Of a stretch of 64,000 nt of DNA, positions 1 to 12,006 are shown in pieces. Source of the stretch: Octopus bimaculoides (Eukaryota). The notes beneath the pieces are model-generated. The model did no database searches. It saw only the letters and a program-made list of their open reading frames with translations, and was not told the DNA's origin. Location: positions 96,551,214-96,615,213 of the forward strand of contig NC_068981.1 of assembly GCF_001194135.2 (NCBI RefSeq), read 5' to 3'. A program made the translations under genes and the position numbers. Each line of letters begins with the position of its first letter. The stretch's first letter is position 1.

Positions 1-123
<123 letters not shown>

Positions 124-129
124 CATACG

Positions 130-1860
130 TGATGATGGCTGTCCACTCGTGACTGAGGAAGACCATTGCCAACCTTCAGGAACATTGTGCGCTCTAGGAC
201 TAACTTATATTTTGCATTTGCGGCTCCGTTGGTGGCTAATGAGCCCTGCTCCTGACAAGCATACACGACTGCAAACATTGCAGACCAAGCTTTCCCCCAT
301 NNNNNNNNNNCTGCTCCTGACAAGCATACACGACTGCAAACATTGCAGACCAAGCTTTCCCCCATTCACTATATGAGCCGTGTGCTTTCGCGCAGCTCGC
401 TTAAGTTCTTCATGCTGGATACGTGCTCTCTCAAAAGTGTTGATCCCCTCTTTAACCTGCTTACTCCATCCATGGCGACGACAGGCATTGTTTTCCCAGT
501 CACTGTCCTGCATATCACAGGCCTTTAATGAGGACTTGACACAGTCCTTAAATCGCAGCCTTGATTTCTGCTGTAGTCTCCTTCCATTCACAAGTTCTCC
601 ATATAGCATCTGCTTAGGAGTCCTGCTATCCTTCATTCTAATAAGGTGTCCAGTCCAACGTAACTGGTGCTTGTGCATCATTGCCTCAATACTCAAGATA
701 TCAGCTGTCCTCAGGACCTGTGTGTCTGAGACATCTGTGATGAAAGCGTTCGAGGACCCTTACCTGACGTTTGTACCTGAGTCCATGTCTCACATGAGTA
801 GAGGAGCGATGTCAGTACACATGCACGGTACACAGCAACTTTTGTTTGCCTTGCTATGCCATGCTGGGACCAGCCACAAGACTGAAGAGACCGGAAGAAA
901 TTAGTTGCTCTTTGCAACCTGAAAGATATTTCCTCATCCAGGGAGCAGGAACGGCTGAGTGTGCTGCCCAGGTAGACAAACTTGTCTACTACCTTCAGAA
1001 TTACTCTTTCAACCAAGATAGCTGGTTTCACATATGGATTTCCTGGTGCAGGCTGGAACATTCCAACAGTTCTTGTCCAGGCTAATGCTAAGTCCAAATG
1101 CCTTGCAAGAAGCAGAAATGCAATTCGTGAGTATTTTCATGTCATCCACTGTATGAGTGACTAAGTCACAGTCATCTGCATAAAGGAGGTTACGAATAAT
1201 AGACTGGAGAACCTTTGAATTGGCAGCAAATAGGCGAAGATTAAAGAGGCGGCCAGAAGATCGATATCTGACATATATGTCCAGAGAGCTAATCTTAGCA
1301 AAAGCATGAGTAAAAGTAGCAGCAAAGTACAAAGAAAAGAGAGTTGGGGCAAGGATGTCACCCTGCTTGACACCATTCTCTACAGGAATGGGTCCCGCCA
1401 TGCCACCACCAACATTGACCCAAGCCTCCATCCCATCATGAAATGATTTAATTATAGATACAAAGTGATCCGGACATCCAAGTTTGCCAAGTATTTTCCA
1501 TAGAAAGGCCCTATTTACAGTATCAAAGGCCTTTGTTAAATCAATGAATACCTGGACAAGATCCATATTCTGCTCATAGCACTTCTCATGCATCTGTCTT
1601 GCCGTGAAAATCATATCCATTGTCCCTCTACCAGATCGGAAGCCACATTGAGATTTAGATAGGACATCATTTACGAGATACCCATTCAGACGGGTAAGAA
1701 GAATATTTGCCAGAACCTTGCCAGCAGCTGATAGTAGAGCAATACCTCTGTAGTTACCACACATTGTTCTGGCTCCTTTTCCTTTATATAGAGGAAGAAT
1801 AATTGCATCCTTCCAGTCCTTAGGGATTGCACCATCCCTCCAGACTGCACTAATAAGTTC
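130..1860 (-). mobile_element. RTE-clade (BovB-like) LINE, 5'-truncated and frameshifted
   Basis: ORFs 1009..1764 (NYRGIALLS, QCGFRSGRGT, FIDLTKAFDTV, GVKQGDILAP, YADD), 711..1097 and 205..696 (LRWTGHLIRM, QMLYGEL, RFKDCVK) form a frameshifted RT plus C-terminus. 3' (CAT)-type tail near 130. Confidence 0.93.
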
Positions 1861-1904
1861 ATGATGATGATGATGATGATGATATATACATATATGTATA
1901 TATC

Positions 1905-2300
1905 ACCACCTGCCACTCTTACCTTGCTGCTGAATTCTTCCTACAACATTAAGAGACACAAAGTTCACTCACATGTACACATATAAACAACCAAAACCAC
2001 ACACACACACAGACTTCCGTGCACACACATACCTCCTTCTCTTACACTCTCCTGTCTTAGAAAGAACCTTTTCTTCACCCATTCCCTTCTGGTCATTTTA
2101 AAATCTAACCACATGTGAATCGTTGGTAATTTTCTTCCTCCGTCTTCCTTTCTCTTGGATTTTCATCTGTTTCTGAAGAAGAGCATTACTCGAAATGTTA
2201 AGCCATCTTTTTTTCCTTCCCTGAGCATCTGCTAATACTTTACATGTAACACGTCCTTGCGATGTTGTTTTTTTTGTTTGTTGTTCTTTTTTGGGGTTTA
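1905..2300 (+). mobile_element. Penelope-like terminal-repeat remnant with minimal hammerhead motif
   Basis: Contains CTGAAGA-a-gag(catta)ctc-GAAA-tgtt at 2173-2199, the typical signature of Penelope-like element termini. No PLE ORF is retained. Confidence 0.5.
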
Positions 2301-2341
2301 CTATATATATAGGACAATATATTATATTAGTCTCCTGGCAA

Positions 2342-2395
<54 letters not shown>

Positions 2396-3348
2396 TGTCC
2401 TATATATATAATATATAATATATATGTGTGTGAGTGTGTGAAAGGACAGCTGGATTGTAAAAGTTAATTTTTACAATCCAGCCATCCTTTCACACGGAGT
2501 TTCATCTTTCTGAACCAAGGGCTCTGGAGTGACTTATATATATTGGAACTGTGATTATGTATATTAGAAAAAATATTTATAAGTTGAAACTATTTGTTGG
2601 CCTTCTATGGTTTTCATAATTATTTATATAATATTATGTTATGCTATATATTATATCCATAGTATTTAATGTAATATTGTAATATAAATAAATTATTGGA
2701 TTGTCAATAGAATATCTCTATATTTAATTTATCTTTATTATTGAATTATACCAATATTTATATGCTATCTAACTGAAGTACCAGTGAATTGGATGTTTAA
2801 CACACCCCTTTGAAGGATTTCTTTTCCTCAGTNNNNNNNNNNNNNNNNNNNNNNNNNNNNNNNNNNNNNNNNNNNNNNNNNNNNNNNNNNNNNNNNNNNN
2901 NNNNNNNNNNNNNNNNNNNNNNNNNNNNNNNNNNNNNNNNNNNNNNNNNNNNNNNNNNNNNNNNNNNNNNNNNNNNNNNNNNNNNNNNNNNNNNNNNNNN
3001 NNNNNNNNNNNNNNNNNNNNNNNNNNNNNNNNNNNNNNNNNNNNNNNNNNNNNNNNNNNNNNNNNNNNNNNNNNNNNNNNNNNNNNNNNNNNNNNNNNNN
3101 NNNNNNNNNNNNNNNNNNNNNNNNNNNNNNNNNNNNNNNNNNNNNNNNNNNNNNNNNNNNNNNNNNNNNNNNNNNNNNNNNNNNNNNNNNNNNNNNNNNN
3201 NNNNNNNNNNNNNNNNNNNNNNNNNNNNNNNNNNNNNNNNNNNNNNNNNNNNNNNNNNNNNNNNNNNNNNNNNNNNNNNNNNNNNNNNNNNNNNNNNNNN
3301 NNNNNNNNNNNNNNNNNNNNNNNNNNNNNNNNNNNNNNNNNNNNNNNN

Positions 3349-3399
<51 letters not shown>

Positions 3400-3423
3400 C
3401 ATATACACTCATATATGCATGTG

Positions 3424-3552
3424 CATGGTAAGAAGTTTGCTTCCCAAACACACAGTTCCTGCATGACACGAACAAATTTTTTCTGTAGCTTCAGGCCAAC
3501 CAAAGCTATCTCAGTGGATTTCGTAGACAGAAACTGAAAGAAGCCTGTTGTC

Positions 3553-3634
<82 letters not shown>

Positions 3635-4138
3635 GAGTCCTGAGTTCAGTCCCACTGCATGGCACCTTCTACTATAGTCTTGGCTGACCAAAACCTTGAG
3701 TGGATTTGATGGACGGAAACTGGAAGAAGCCCATCGTATATAAATGTATATACATGTGTTTGTCTTGCCACTGCTTGACAGCTGGTGGTGGTGCGTTTAC
3801 GTTTCCATAACTTAGCAGTTCTGCAAACGAGATCAATAGAAAAGTGCCAGGCTTTAGAAATATGTTTTGGGGCCTCTTCACGGTGGTGTTCCAGTATGAC
3901 CACAGTCTAATGACTGAAACAAGTAAAAGAAAGATATATATATATACTGTGTTTGTCCCCGGCACTGCTTGACAGCCGATGTTGTGTGTTTACCTCCCCA
4001 TAATGTAGGGGTTCAGCTAAAGAATCTGACTGAATATGTACCAGGCTTAAAAAGATAAGTTCTAGTTGATTCATTCGACTAAAATTCTGGAATGCAGTGC
4101 CACAGTTTAATGACTGAAACAAGTAAAAAACAAAAGAT
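3424..4138 (+). mobile_element. Cluster of octopus tRNA-derived SINE fragments (OK/OR-type)
   Basis: Repeated family motifs ggtaagaagtttgcttccc, gttcagtcccactgc, gaaactgaaagaagcc and aatgactgaaacaagtaaaaga, interspersed with (TA)/(CA) repeats. Confidence 0.75.
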
Positions 4139-4379
4139 ATATAAAGCTTAGTTCATTTGTTCATTTTAAGTCTATTATTCTATGCTAGTATTGTACAGCT
4201 GGATGCTCTTTCTGTCACTAACCCTTGCACGTTTTTCAAACAAGGTGCCCTTTATTTCAGATATCTTAGGTGCCAAGTGAGCAGATAATTTGTAGACAGA
4301 AGTAAGAACACCAGTTGTGATGGATAACTTTCATAAACAAACACACATACAAATACATGCATGAATATGATGTATATGA

Positions 4380-5050
4380 CTTTTTTCAGTTTTTCTCAAA
4401 TTCATTCAAGACTTTGGTTAACCTGGGGCTATATAGAAACCTGAGATACCATACAGTGGGACTAAAGCCAAAGCCATGTGTGAAAATATGAACTCACTAG
4501 CACACACACCTATCATCATCCTTTAACATCCACTCTTCCATGCTAGCAGGAATCAGACAAAATTCAGAGACAAATTTTCTTCAGCAGGATGCTCTTCCTG
4601 TTGATAACCCTCACCTGTTTCTATGTAAGGAAGACTGGAAACAAACATCACTTCTATGATGATGATGGTCATTTTCAGCCATCACATGATGTCAAAACAA
4701 AGGTACACACAAATACACATTCAACAGGCTTCATTCACTTTTTGTCTATCAAATCCACTTACAAGGCTTTGGTCAACCCAGAGCTATGGTCATAAACACT
4801 TATCCAAGGTGCTACACAGTGAAACTGAACTCAAGATCACCTGGTTGGAAAGCAAGCTTCTTACCCACACACGCACCACATGTATACATACAATTAGACT
4901 TCTTCAGTTTCCGTCTATGAATTTCTTTCACAAAGTATTGGTCAACCCACAGCCATAGTACAGGACACCAAGCAAAAACATCCACCCAGTGGAACTAAAC
5001 CCTTAACTACATGGTTCCAAAACAAACTTCTAAACTCCAGAGCCATGCCC
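4380..5050 (-). mobile_element. Further decayed OK/OR-type SINE fragments
   Basis: Three to four partial reverse-strand copies (tcaaatccacttacaaggctttggtcaacc; gaactgaacc...accac). Confidence 0.65.
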
Positions 5051-6425
5051 GTATCAATGTACTGTTTTCATGGATGATAGAAAGTATATAGATGATGAAA
5101 ATTCCATCAAGAATTGAAAATCATATTCAGCTGATCCCCTCTTTTCTCTCCATGAACATACTGTATTTAAGAATTGTTTACAGTTGTCATAATATACAGT
5201 GTGATCTAAAACAAAAAACAAAAAAAAAAATACAGATGTGTTCTATAGTATATTATAGCAATGAAAAGAAGCACTGTTAACAAACCAGTAATTTTATGTT
5301 TGATCTAGCTACTTAGAAGTGTTAAATATACAAAATGGCTCATCTTTATCTTAGTAAGCTTATAGGTAGTGTGTTCGTGGGTAGGTGGAGAAGGTACATA
5401 GTTGTTATAGTTATGTTCTGTAGTACATTATAACTACACACACACAAATATATAATTTTAAGGGTGACTCTTAATATAGATATAAATAGTAGCATGTAAT
5501 ATATTCGGGGTAAAAAAAAAAAACACTTGGATTAAAAAAAGATTGAAGGCTGTATTCACTTTGAGAGTCATGCTTAAAATGATTCATTTCACACCTTAAA
5601 TCTTCTATATTTTCATTTCACACACACACAGAGTGATTCTCAAATGGGAGGCACTCCCAAGGGAGAAATTTGAAATCTAAAAGGAGGAATTCCAAATCTA
5701 GGTGGAGGAATTTTAACCAAGGGAGTACTGGAGAAGAATTTCAGTCAAAGAAAGATCTCCAGATTGAGAAAGCATGTATTTGATGTACTATATATTAAAT
5801 GAAACACCTATATACATAGGTGTACAAGGGTATCATGAATTAACAGTTCACAAAAAACTTGGACTTGTTCAATATTGAGGTCTGAAGAAAGGGCTCAGGG
5901 TAATATGATAGTCAGGTTCAGCAAGTACTTTTGCCCCTCCCAATAACATGATTCACTCTGCCTTTAGTCCAGATATATTAACTAAAAAACGACGATGTCT
6001 CAACAGCTGTGAGTGTGGTAACCTTCAAGCAAAACCAACTAGATTTATTTCTTGGAACTCTAGTTTAGTTTCTCTGTATGTAGGTCAAAGCAGTCATTAA
6101 ATCAAATGGAGGTTTTGTGTTTGGGCTTCCCAGTAACATTTGATATTAAATCAAATACAATTTCATTTCTTCATTTGATTACAATTAATAAAGTAATTTA
6201 GTTTCACAATTCTTTTTTTTTTAATAACTGCCACTGAAAAGCACAATGGTAAAAAATTTACTAGATGACAAACGAAAAATGGGGAAGACATTGAGGGAAC
6301 CTTGGAATGTAACTGATATACAACAATTGCCATCACCTACACATTATCACCACCACAACTACACCTACCTCTACTCTCTTCATCACTGCCATCTCTGTTA
6401 ACATAACCAGCACCATCATCTACAT

Positions 6426-6780
6426 CAGTGGTTCTTAACTGGGGCCCATATGACCCCTATGAGCCTGTATAAGATTGGGGGGGGGGTCATGCAAGCAAAA
6501 TAGCAAATTAGGGGATCTACAGTGGTATTTTAAAGGTCCACGAAAAAATTTTTTAGCTTTAGATGTATTTATTACAAGCAACAGCTAGGTTTCTGACCAC
6601 TAAAAATGTTTCCTCAGAGTGTTGTAAACCTACACAAGTGAGATGTGTGAAAAACAAAACAAGAATTTTGAAAGAAGTAGTTATAAAACTAGTTTTTAAA
6701 CATTGAATGGATATAGGTGTCCACTAGAGTAAAATAGTAATCAAAGAAGTCCGTAAGTAAAAAATAGTTTGGAACCCCTG
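6426..6780. mobile_element. hAT-type MITE
   Basis: Termini cagtggttcttaac ... gtttggaacccctg are imperfect TIRs. The 8-bp flanks atctacat / atttatat are consistent with a decayed hAT TSD. Confidence 0.65.
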
Positions 6781-6905
6781 ATTTATATCATCAACTTCAT
6801 CCACACAATCAAAAATAAATACAAAGCATTTCTTTGCACTGTTGTGGCAGATGCCCCCCAGGTGACAAGTGGGCTGGTCCACTACTAATAAATAGTGAAC
6901 TGACA

Positions 6906-8560
6906 CAGTCAGTGAGGTACGAGTTGAGTTGTTGATAACAGAGAGTTTTTGAAGTGAGTTGCAACGTTGAATTTTTTTGTTGAAAAATTGGTTGTTAATT
7001 ATTGCTGTTGATTGTTGATATTGTTCGTTGTTTTTTCTCTCTTCCCATTGGGGGAGAATGGAGAAAGCGCCGGTGGGTGGCCAGAGTTATGCAGCCACAA
7101 ATGGAGGAGGAACAGAGGAATGAAAACTGGAAACAACTGAAATTAAGGTGGAGCCGAAGAAAATGAAAGAATGTGAGAAGTTGCTGGTGAAAGTTGGAGA
7201 CACGTTGAAGTTGACACCACCTGCGGAGCTGATAAGCAGTGTAAGAAAAAGAACTGTGGTATTTAATACCATGAAAATCGCAACAGGAAAGATGGAGCTC
7301 ACAATGGGGATTGAGGAGTGTTTGAGAGGTATCGGGAAATGGACAAAATTTGTAACAGGAGGAAGAAGGTATGCCACAGTGGAGGTGTGCTTTGCAACGG
7401 AGGAGAAAGAAATTGGGAGCTCCAGGGAGGCTATGCGATCGGAGGAGTGGGTGCTTTTGCCTTCGTACTGTGGCAAACGTGTGGCCGGAGTGCAAGTGGG
7501 CGGGGTGCCCCCAGAGCTGGAGGAAGCATGGCTGATGACAGCAGTAATGTTCAGTGTGAGGGAGGAGGCCAAGATGTTGAGGGCCGCAGGAGCGCAAAGT
7601 GTTGACTGCTGGGGATATGGAATTGAACTCACTATCCAGGCAACAGTGGAAAATTAAAATAGAATCAATGAGGAGATAGTGCTGCTCGACGGCCTAAGAT
7701 TGAGAGTGAAAGTGGAGGGCAATCTGCCTATATGTTTTGCATGTGGGAAGAAAGGCCACATGAAGGCAAAATGCCCACAGAGAGAACCAACAGAAAAACA
7801 GGAGAGCACGAACCAGGCAGTACAGGTAGAGATGGAAGAAAATACAACGGAGGAGGGATTCACGGTGGTGGAAAGAAAAAGGAGAAGTGGAAGAATGAGC
7901 TCGCTACCAGAGAACCAGAAAAAGAAGAAAGAAGAGGTGGAAAAGAAAGCTGTGACCAGAAGGAAGGCAGACGAAGAGGAGATGGAGAAGGAAAGAGAGA
8001 AGGCAATTAAAAAGGTGGATTTACAGAAGGAGGAAACAGTGCTAATGACACCGATTGTCCCAGTGAAGGAAAAAAATTCGGGAGTGCAACTGTGCTAGGG
8101 TGAAATGGAGAAATTGTTTGGAGTTGAGGAGGGAAAGACACCAGTAGTGGAAGAAGAAAGGAAAAAACAAATGGAATTTTGTGACATATTCAAAAAACAA
8201 AGAGACGGAGAGAAAAATTGTAAAATTTAAACATATTATAAGAGTAAAGTTACCCACAAATGTGTACTCTGAGAATGTGAAGGCCATTGTTGTCGATAAG
8301 GACACATACAGGAGACTAATAGACATGTGCGGAGACAAAATTGACCTGCCCGGAGTAGCAGTGGAGTTCGACGAGCTGCCACCAGTAATCGAACTAAAGG
8401 ACTTGGAGCTTTTTATGAGATATTAAAAAGAAGGAGAAAAAAAAGAGTAAAATTGTTTTGAAAAAAAAAAGGAACAAAAAAGAGGGGAAAAAAAGTAAAA
8501 GTGTTTTGTGTTAAAAAAAAAAAAGGAGAAAAAAAACAGATAATTAAGAAAAAAACAATA
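6906..8560 (+). mobile_element. ORF1/gag-like retroelement (L1/Tx1-type ORF1 with CCHC knuckle), no ORF2; copy A, pseudogenised
   Basis: ORFs 7148..7657 and 7679..8098 share one frame with a single TAA at 7655-7657. Zinc knuckle CFACGKKGHMKAKCP, acidic/basic linker, frameshifted C-terminal segment 8181..8426, then an A-rich tract. No endonuclease or RT follows. Confidence 0.8.
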
Positions 8561-8799
8561 GAAAAAGTGTCATTGCATTTAGAACAGTCACTTGTGCAGT
8601 CCCTTGTCATATAGAACAGTCACTTGTGCAGTCTGTTCATGTGTTCAAATGTTTTGGCAGTGGCTGCAGTAGTGTTGAACAAGAGGGATTCAGAAATACA
8701 AGAAAGATGGTGACCCAGCTCAGAATTCTGATCTCAAGTGGTAAAGCTGCAGCTATTTTACTAGTTTATAAGTATGTGTATGATAAGTGAACTTACATT

Positions 8800-9010
8800 T
8801 TTAATGGTGTTCTTATTTAACCTCAGGCCAGCCTTGGTCAAGCAGACTTATGATCAAAGCATTCCAGCTATCACCATCTTTTTCTCACAGCAAACTACCT
8901 TATTTAATGAATCCTTTTTTTAATTTATTTATTTAAGATAGCAGATAGTGATTTGAGAGAGATTTAGCTGCTATTTCAAGTAGATTGAGCGCCCATGTAG
9001 GGGCTCTATT
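8800..9010 (-). repeat. Abundant interspersed repeat (gctagaaatagcagccaaatctccctcaaatcac ... gatcatagg family)
   Basis: The same motif set recurs near 12900-13030, 13850-14035, 17490-17620, 23090-23290, 24800-24980, 38750-38830 and 52490-52650. Class not determined. Confidence 0.65.
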
Positions 9011-10275
9011 ACTGACTTCATATTGTAGTAGTATTGTTGTTGATGTTTAAGGCACTGGTATTTGATTGAACACTACATTTTTTTCAAGATCCATTTAGGC
9101 TCAGGAGAGTGCACAAGCTAATGAATGGTACTGTCCCATCTTAATTTGAAGAGATGTGAAAATACTAATTCAAATTTAAACATTTTATTGATTATACAAA
9201 AACCAAATTCATATATACATAATAATGTATATAGCTTTACAGAAAAATTTCAGTCATTATCAACGTTTATAGGGAAGAACCTACATTGCCAGAGAAACCT
9301 GTATCTAAAGGTGAAAAGTCCTGCATTTTATGAGAATGCCTTCACAAAATATAGAAAATAAGGTGTGGAGGAACGGAGCCACTGATTCTGATCAACATTC
9401 CTTCGCTAACACAAACAAGTAAGAGAAAATATCTTCTGCTCGGATAAAGAACTAGAAAGTTGGAAAAGCTAACGAAAGATGAAAACCAGAAGGAAGAAAA
9501 TTATCTGGAAAGGTAAATTTTCGGTGGTTTTCGGTAAAAGACGGAAAAGGGCGGAACCAAAATAATGAAACGAAGCTGTTCCAACACAGTATTTTATATA
9601 TAGGTAGAAATCAATCGATACAGTTGAATAAAAAGTTAGTCTGACTGCTTCTGAAAACAATGTTTAAGTCAATGATAGTTTTATCAAACATGTTACACGC
9701 AACCCTTCTGACAAAATATATGTCAACATGACTTACCATCTAGATTATCATGCAACACATGTGGATTTTAGATAAGGGAGAAAGAAGTGTGATTTTGGTG
9801 GTAGTGTAAACGAAACGGGTTCAATCATTTAACTGTGATCAGCTTATTAAAGAGGATCTTCAGTAACGGTTCTAAAGTAAAAATAAACACAATTAAGTCT
9901 ATTTTACCATTAAGAAAACAAAAGGAAAAGAAAAATGACGTGTAGTGTATTAATACAAAACGCGCGCGCGCGCGCGCTTCCGCACAATTACCCTTAGCCA
10001 AATCCCACTCGCAAGGCATTGACAGCGTTAACAGGTGAGGTAAGAATTTGTGAGAATCCAAGATTATAAAGATATTATGGTGTGAAATATCAATCAAAAG
10101 AAATTGCAGCTTGGTGAGACAAATTAGAAAAAAAAAAAAAAAAGATCGGCCGTGTGTGAATTGATAAAATTATTGAAACAAACAAACCCTGAAAGTAATT
10201 TATTAAATCTAAAGTAACATTATGATGTTATAAACTGAACGCTTAACTACCTCTTCGTGATTAATTAAGTTGATG

Positions 10276-10647
10276 AAGGTGTGGCTGTATGGTAAGAAGT
10301 TTGCTTCCCAACAACATGGTTCCAGGTTCAATTCTGTTGCGCGATACCTTGGGCAAGTTTTTTTTTCTACTATTGCACCGGCTCAACCAAAGCCTTGTGT
10401 GTGGAAACTGAAAAGAAGTCCGTCGTAAAATATATAGACCTGTATGTTTGTCCCCCACTTCGCTTGATAACCGATGTTGTTTTGTTTACGTCCCCGTAAC
10501 TTAACGGTCCGGCATAAGGAGCCGATAGAATAAGTGGTAGGCTTTAAAAAATAAGTACCGATGGGGTCGATTCGTTCGACTAAAACCCTTCAAGGCGGTG
10601 CTCTAGCATGGCCACAGTCCAATGACCGAAAGAAGTAAAAGATAAAG
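10276..10647 (+). mobile_element. OK/OR-type SINE, near full length
   Basis: tRNA-like head (gtggctgtatggtaagaagtttgcttcc...ggttccaggttcaattc), body and gaagtaaaagataaag tail; CpGs largely retained. Confidence 0.85.
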
Positions 10648-11696
10648 GGTAACAAACGAGAAAGTACATTTTATTACCCCAAAATGACGAAGTTTGTGTA
10701 ATCGTAATAAGAAACGCAAAAGAGTATATTGAAATCTATAGATAACAAAAAATATCCCTTTAAACTAAATGAAATATCCCTTGTCCTATGCGGGTTTGCG
10801 ATGGGCAGTTCCACTCAGTTCTTCGTCAATTTATCTTTTGAAGTAAAATTTTGCACACTCTAACTACACATATTTACTTTTTAAAATGATTGATATAATT
10901 AATCTACTCCTAACATTTTAATATCTAATCTAATTACCGCGCAGAAAATCTATTTGGCCTAACGCAGCCAGGATTACCATTAACTATCAACCTTAACGAT
11001 CCAAGGACTAATCTACATAAGATCTAAATGCTTTTTCACCTTCCTCTATGCAGTTTTTCTCAGTTTAAGCCCGACTACAATCCAACAAAGCAGCAACTTA
11101 CATAAAATCAATTCTCTAAAAGACAACGTGAGAGAAAACAATATTGTTTATATTCGATATCAATTAAGATTCCTACCCCTACATGACAGAGTAAACAATG
11201 TGTTGCCCACCGCCAAAAAAACTGGCAGGTTTTTTTTAACAGTTTCCATCTGAAAGGTTACTAATACCACAAATATAACGAGAGTTGAGATATAAAAATA
11301 AAAAAAAGAAACGGTTATAGAAGTTGGCTTAATTATTCTTTCTTTTGATATCAACCTTTTCTATCTTAATCCTACTAGAGCAGATTAAAATCATAGTTTA
11401 CAAGACAATTCGTTTGATACAGCGTTTTGCCTTCATTTATTATTATAGTCCATCAGATGTTTCCAGAAAGGTCGGATCAATTTCGTGAGAGAAACATTCA
11501 GTAACTAACGCTATGTCTTTAAAGAAAGAAAAAAAAAGTGAACCACGAGATGGATTTAGCACAGACCTCACTCTTCCATCAAGTAATTTGACAGTTATTT
11601 AACTGCAGCCGTACACCACCCCACCCGCCAAAGCTGTACTTCATAATAATGGTACATCCTCCGACATCTCACTGCAGTTTCACTAGATAAAGTACA

Positions 11697-12006
11697 TATC
11701 TTTTATCTTTTACTTGTTTCACTGTGCTGGAGGGTTTTAGTCGAACAAATCGACCCCAAGACTTATTTCTAAAACCTAGTATTTATTCTATCGGTCTCTT
11801 GCCAAACCGTTAAGTGACAGGGATGCAAACACACCAACACCGGTTGTCAAGCAGTGGTGGACACACACACATACATACGACGGGCTTCTTTCAGTTTCCG
11901 TCTACCAAATCCACTCACAAGGCTTTGGTCGGCCCGAGGCTATAAGTAGAAGACACTTGCCCAATGTGTCACACTGTGGGACTGAACCTGGAACCATGTA
12001 GCTGGG
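11697..12006 (-). mobile_element. OK/OR-type SINE
   Basis: Reverse copy: tcttttacttgtttc ... cgacgggcttctttcagtttccgtctaccaaatccactcacaaggctttggtcggcccgagg ... gggactgaacctggaacc. Confidence 0.85.

Noticed and set aside
246-365. 55-bp direct repeat (246-300 = 311-365)
   Set aside because: The copies flank a 10-N gap exactly; this is an unmerged contig overlap, not a real duplication.
2769-3665. Long ORFs across N runs (also 14917..15288 and 27399..27769)
   Set aside because: Open only because of Ns and dinucleotide microsatellites.
5641-5735. Minus-strand Pro-rich pseudo-exon (TPLVKIPPPRFGIPPF...)
   Set aside because: It comes from a short ~21-bp internal repeat, hits a stop, and has no similarity to the MNT zipper.
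8580-8633. 22-bp direct repeat after copy A as a possible TSD
   Set aside because: Both copies lie on the 3' side; there is no matching copy at the 5' end of the element.
10276-10350. tRNA-like heads (also at ~21540-21606 and ~22810-22871)
   Set aside because: They run straight into SINE bodies and tails and lack a full cloverleaf; these are SINEs, not tRNA genes.
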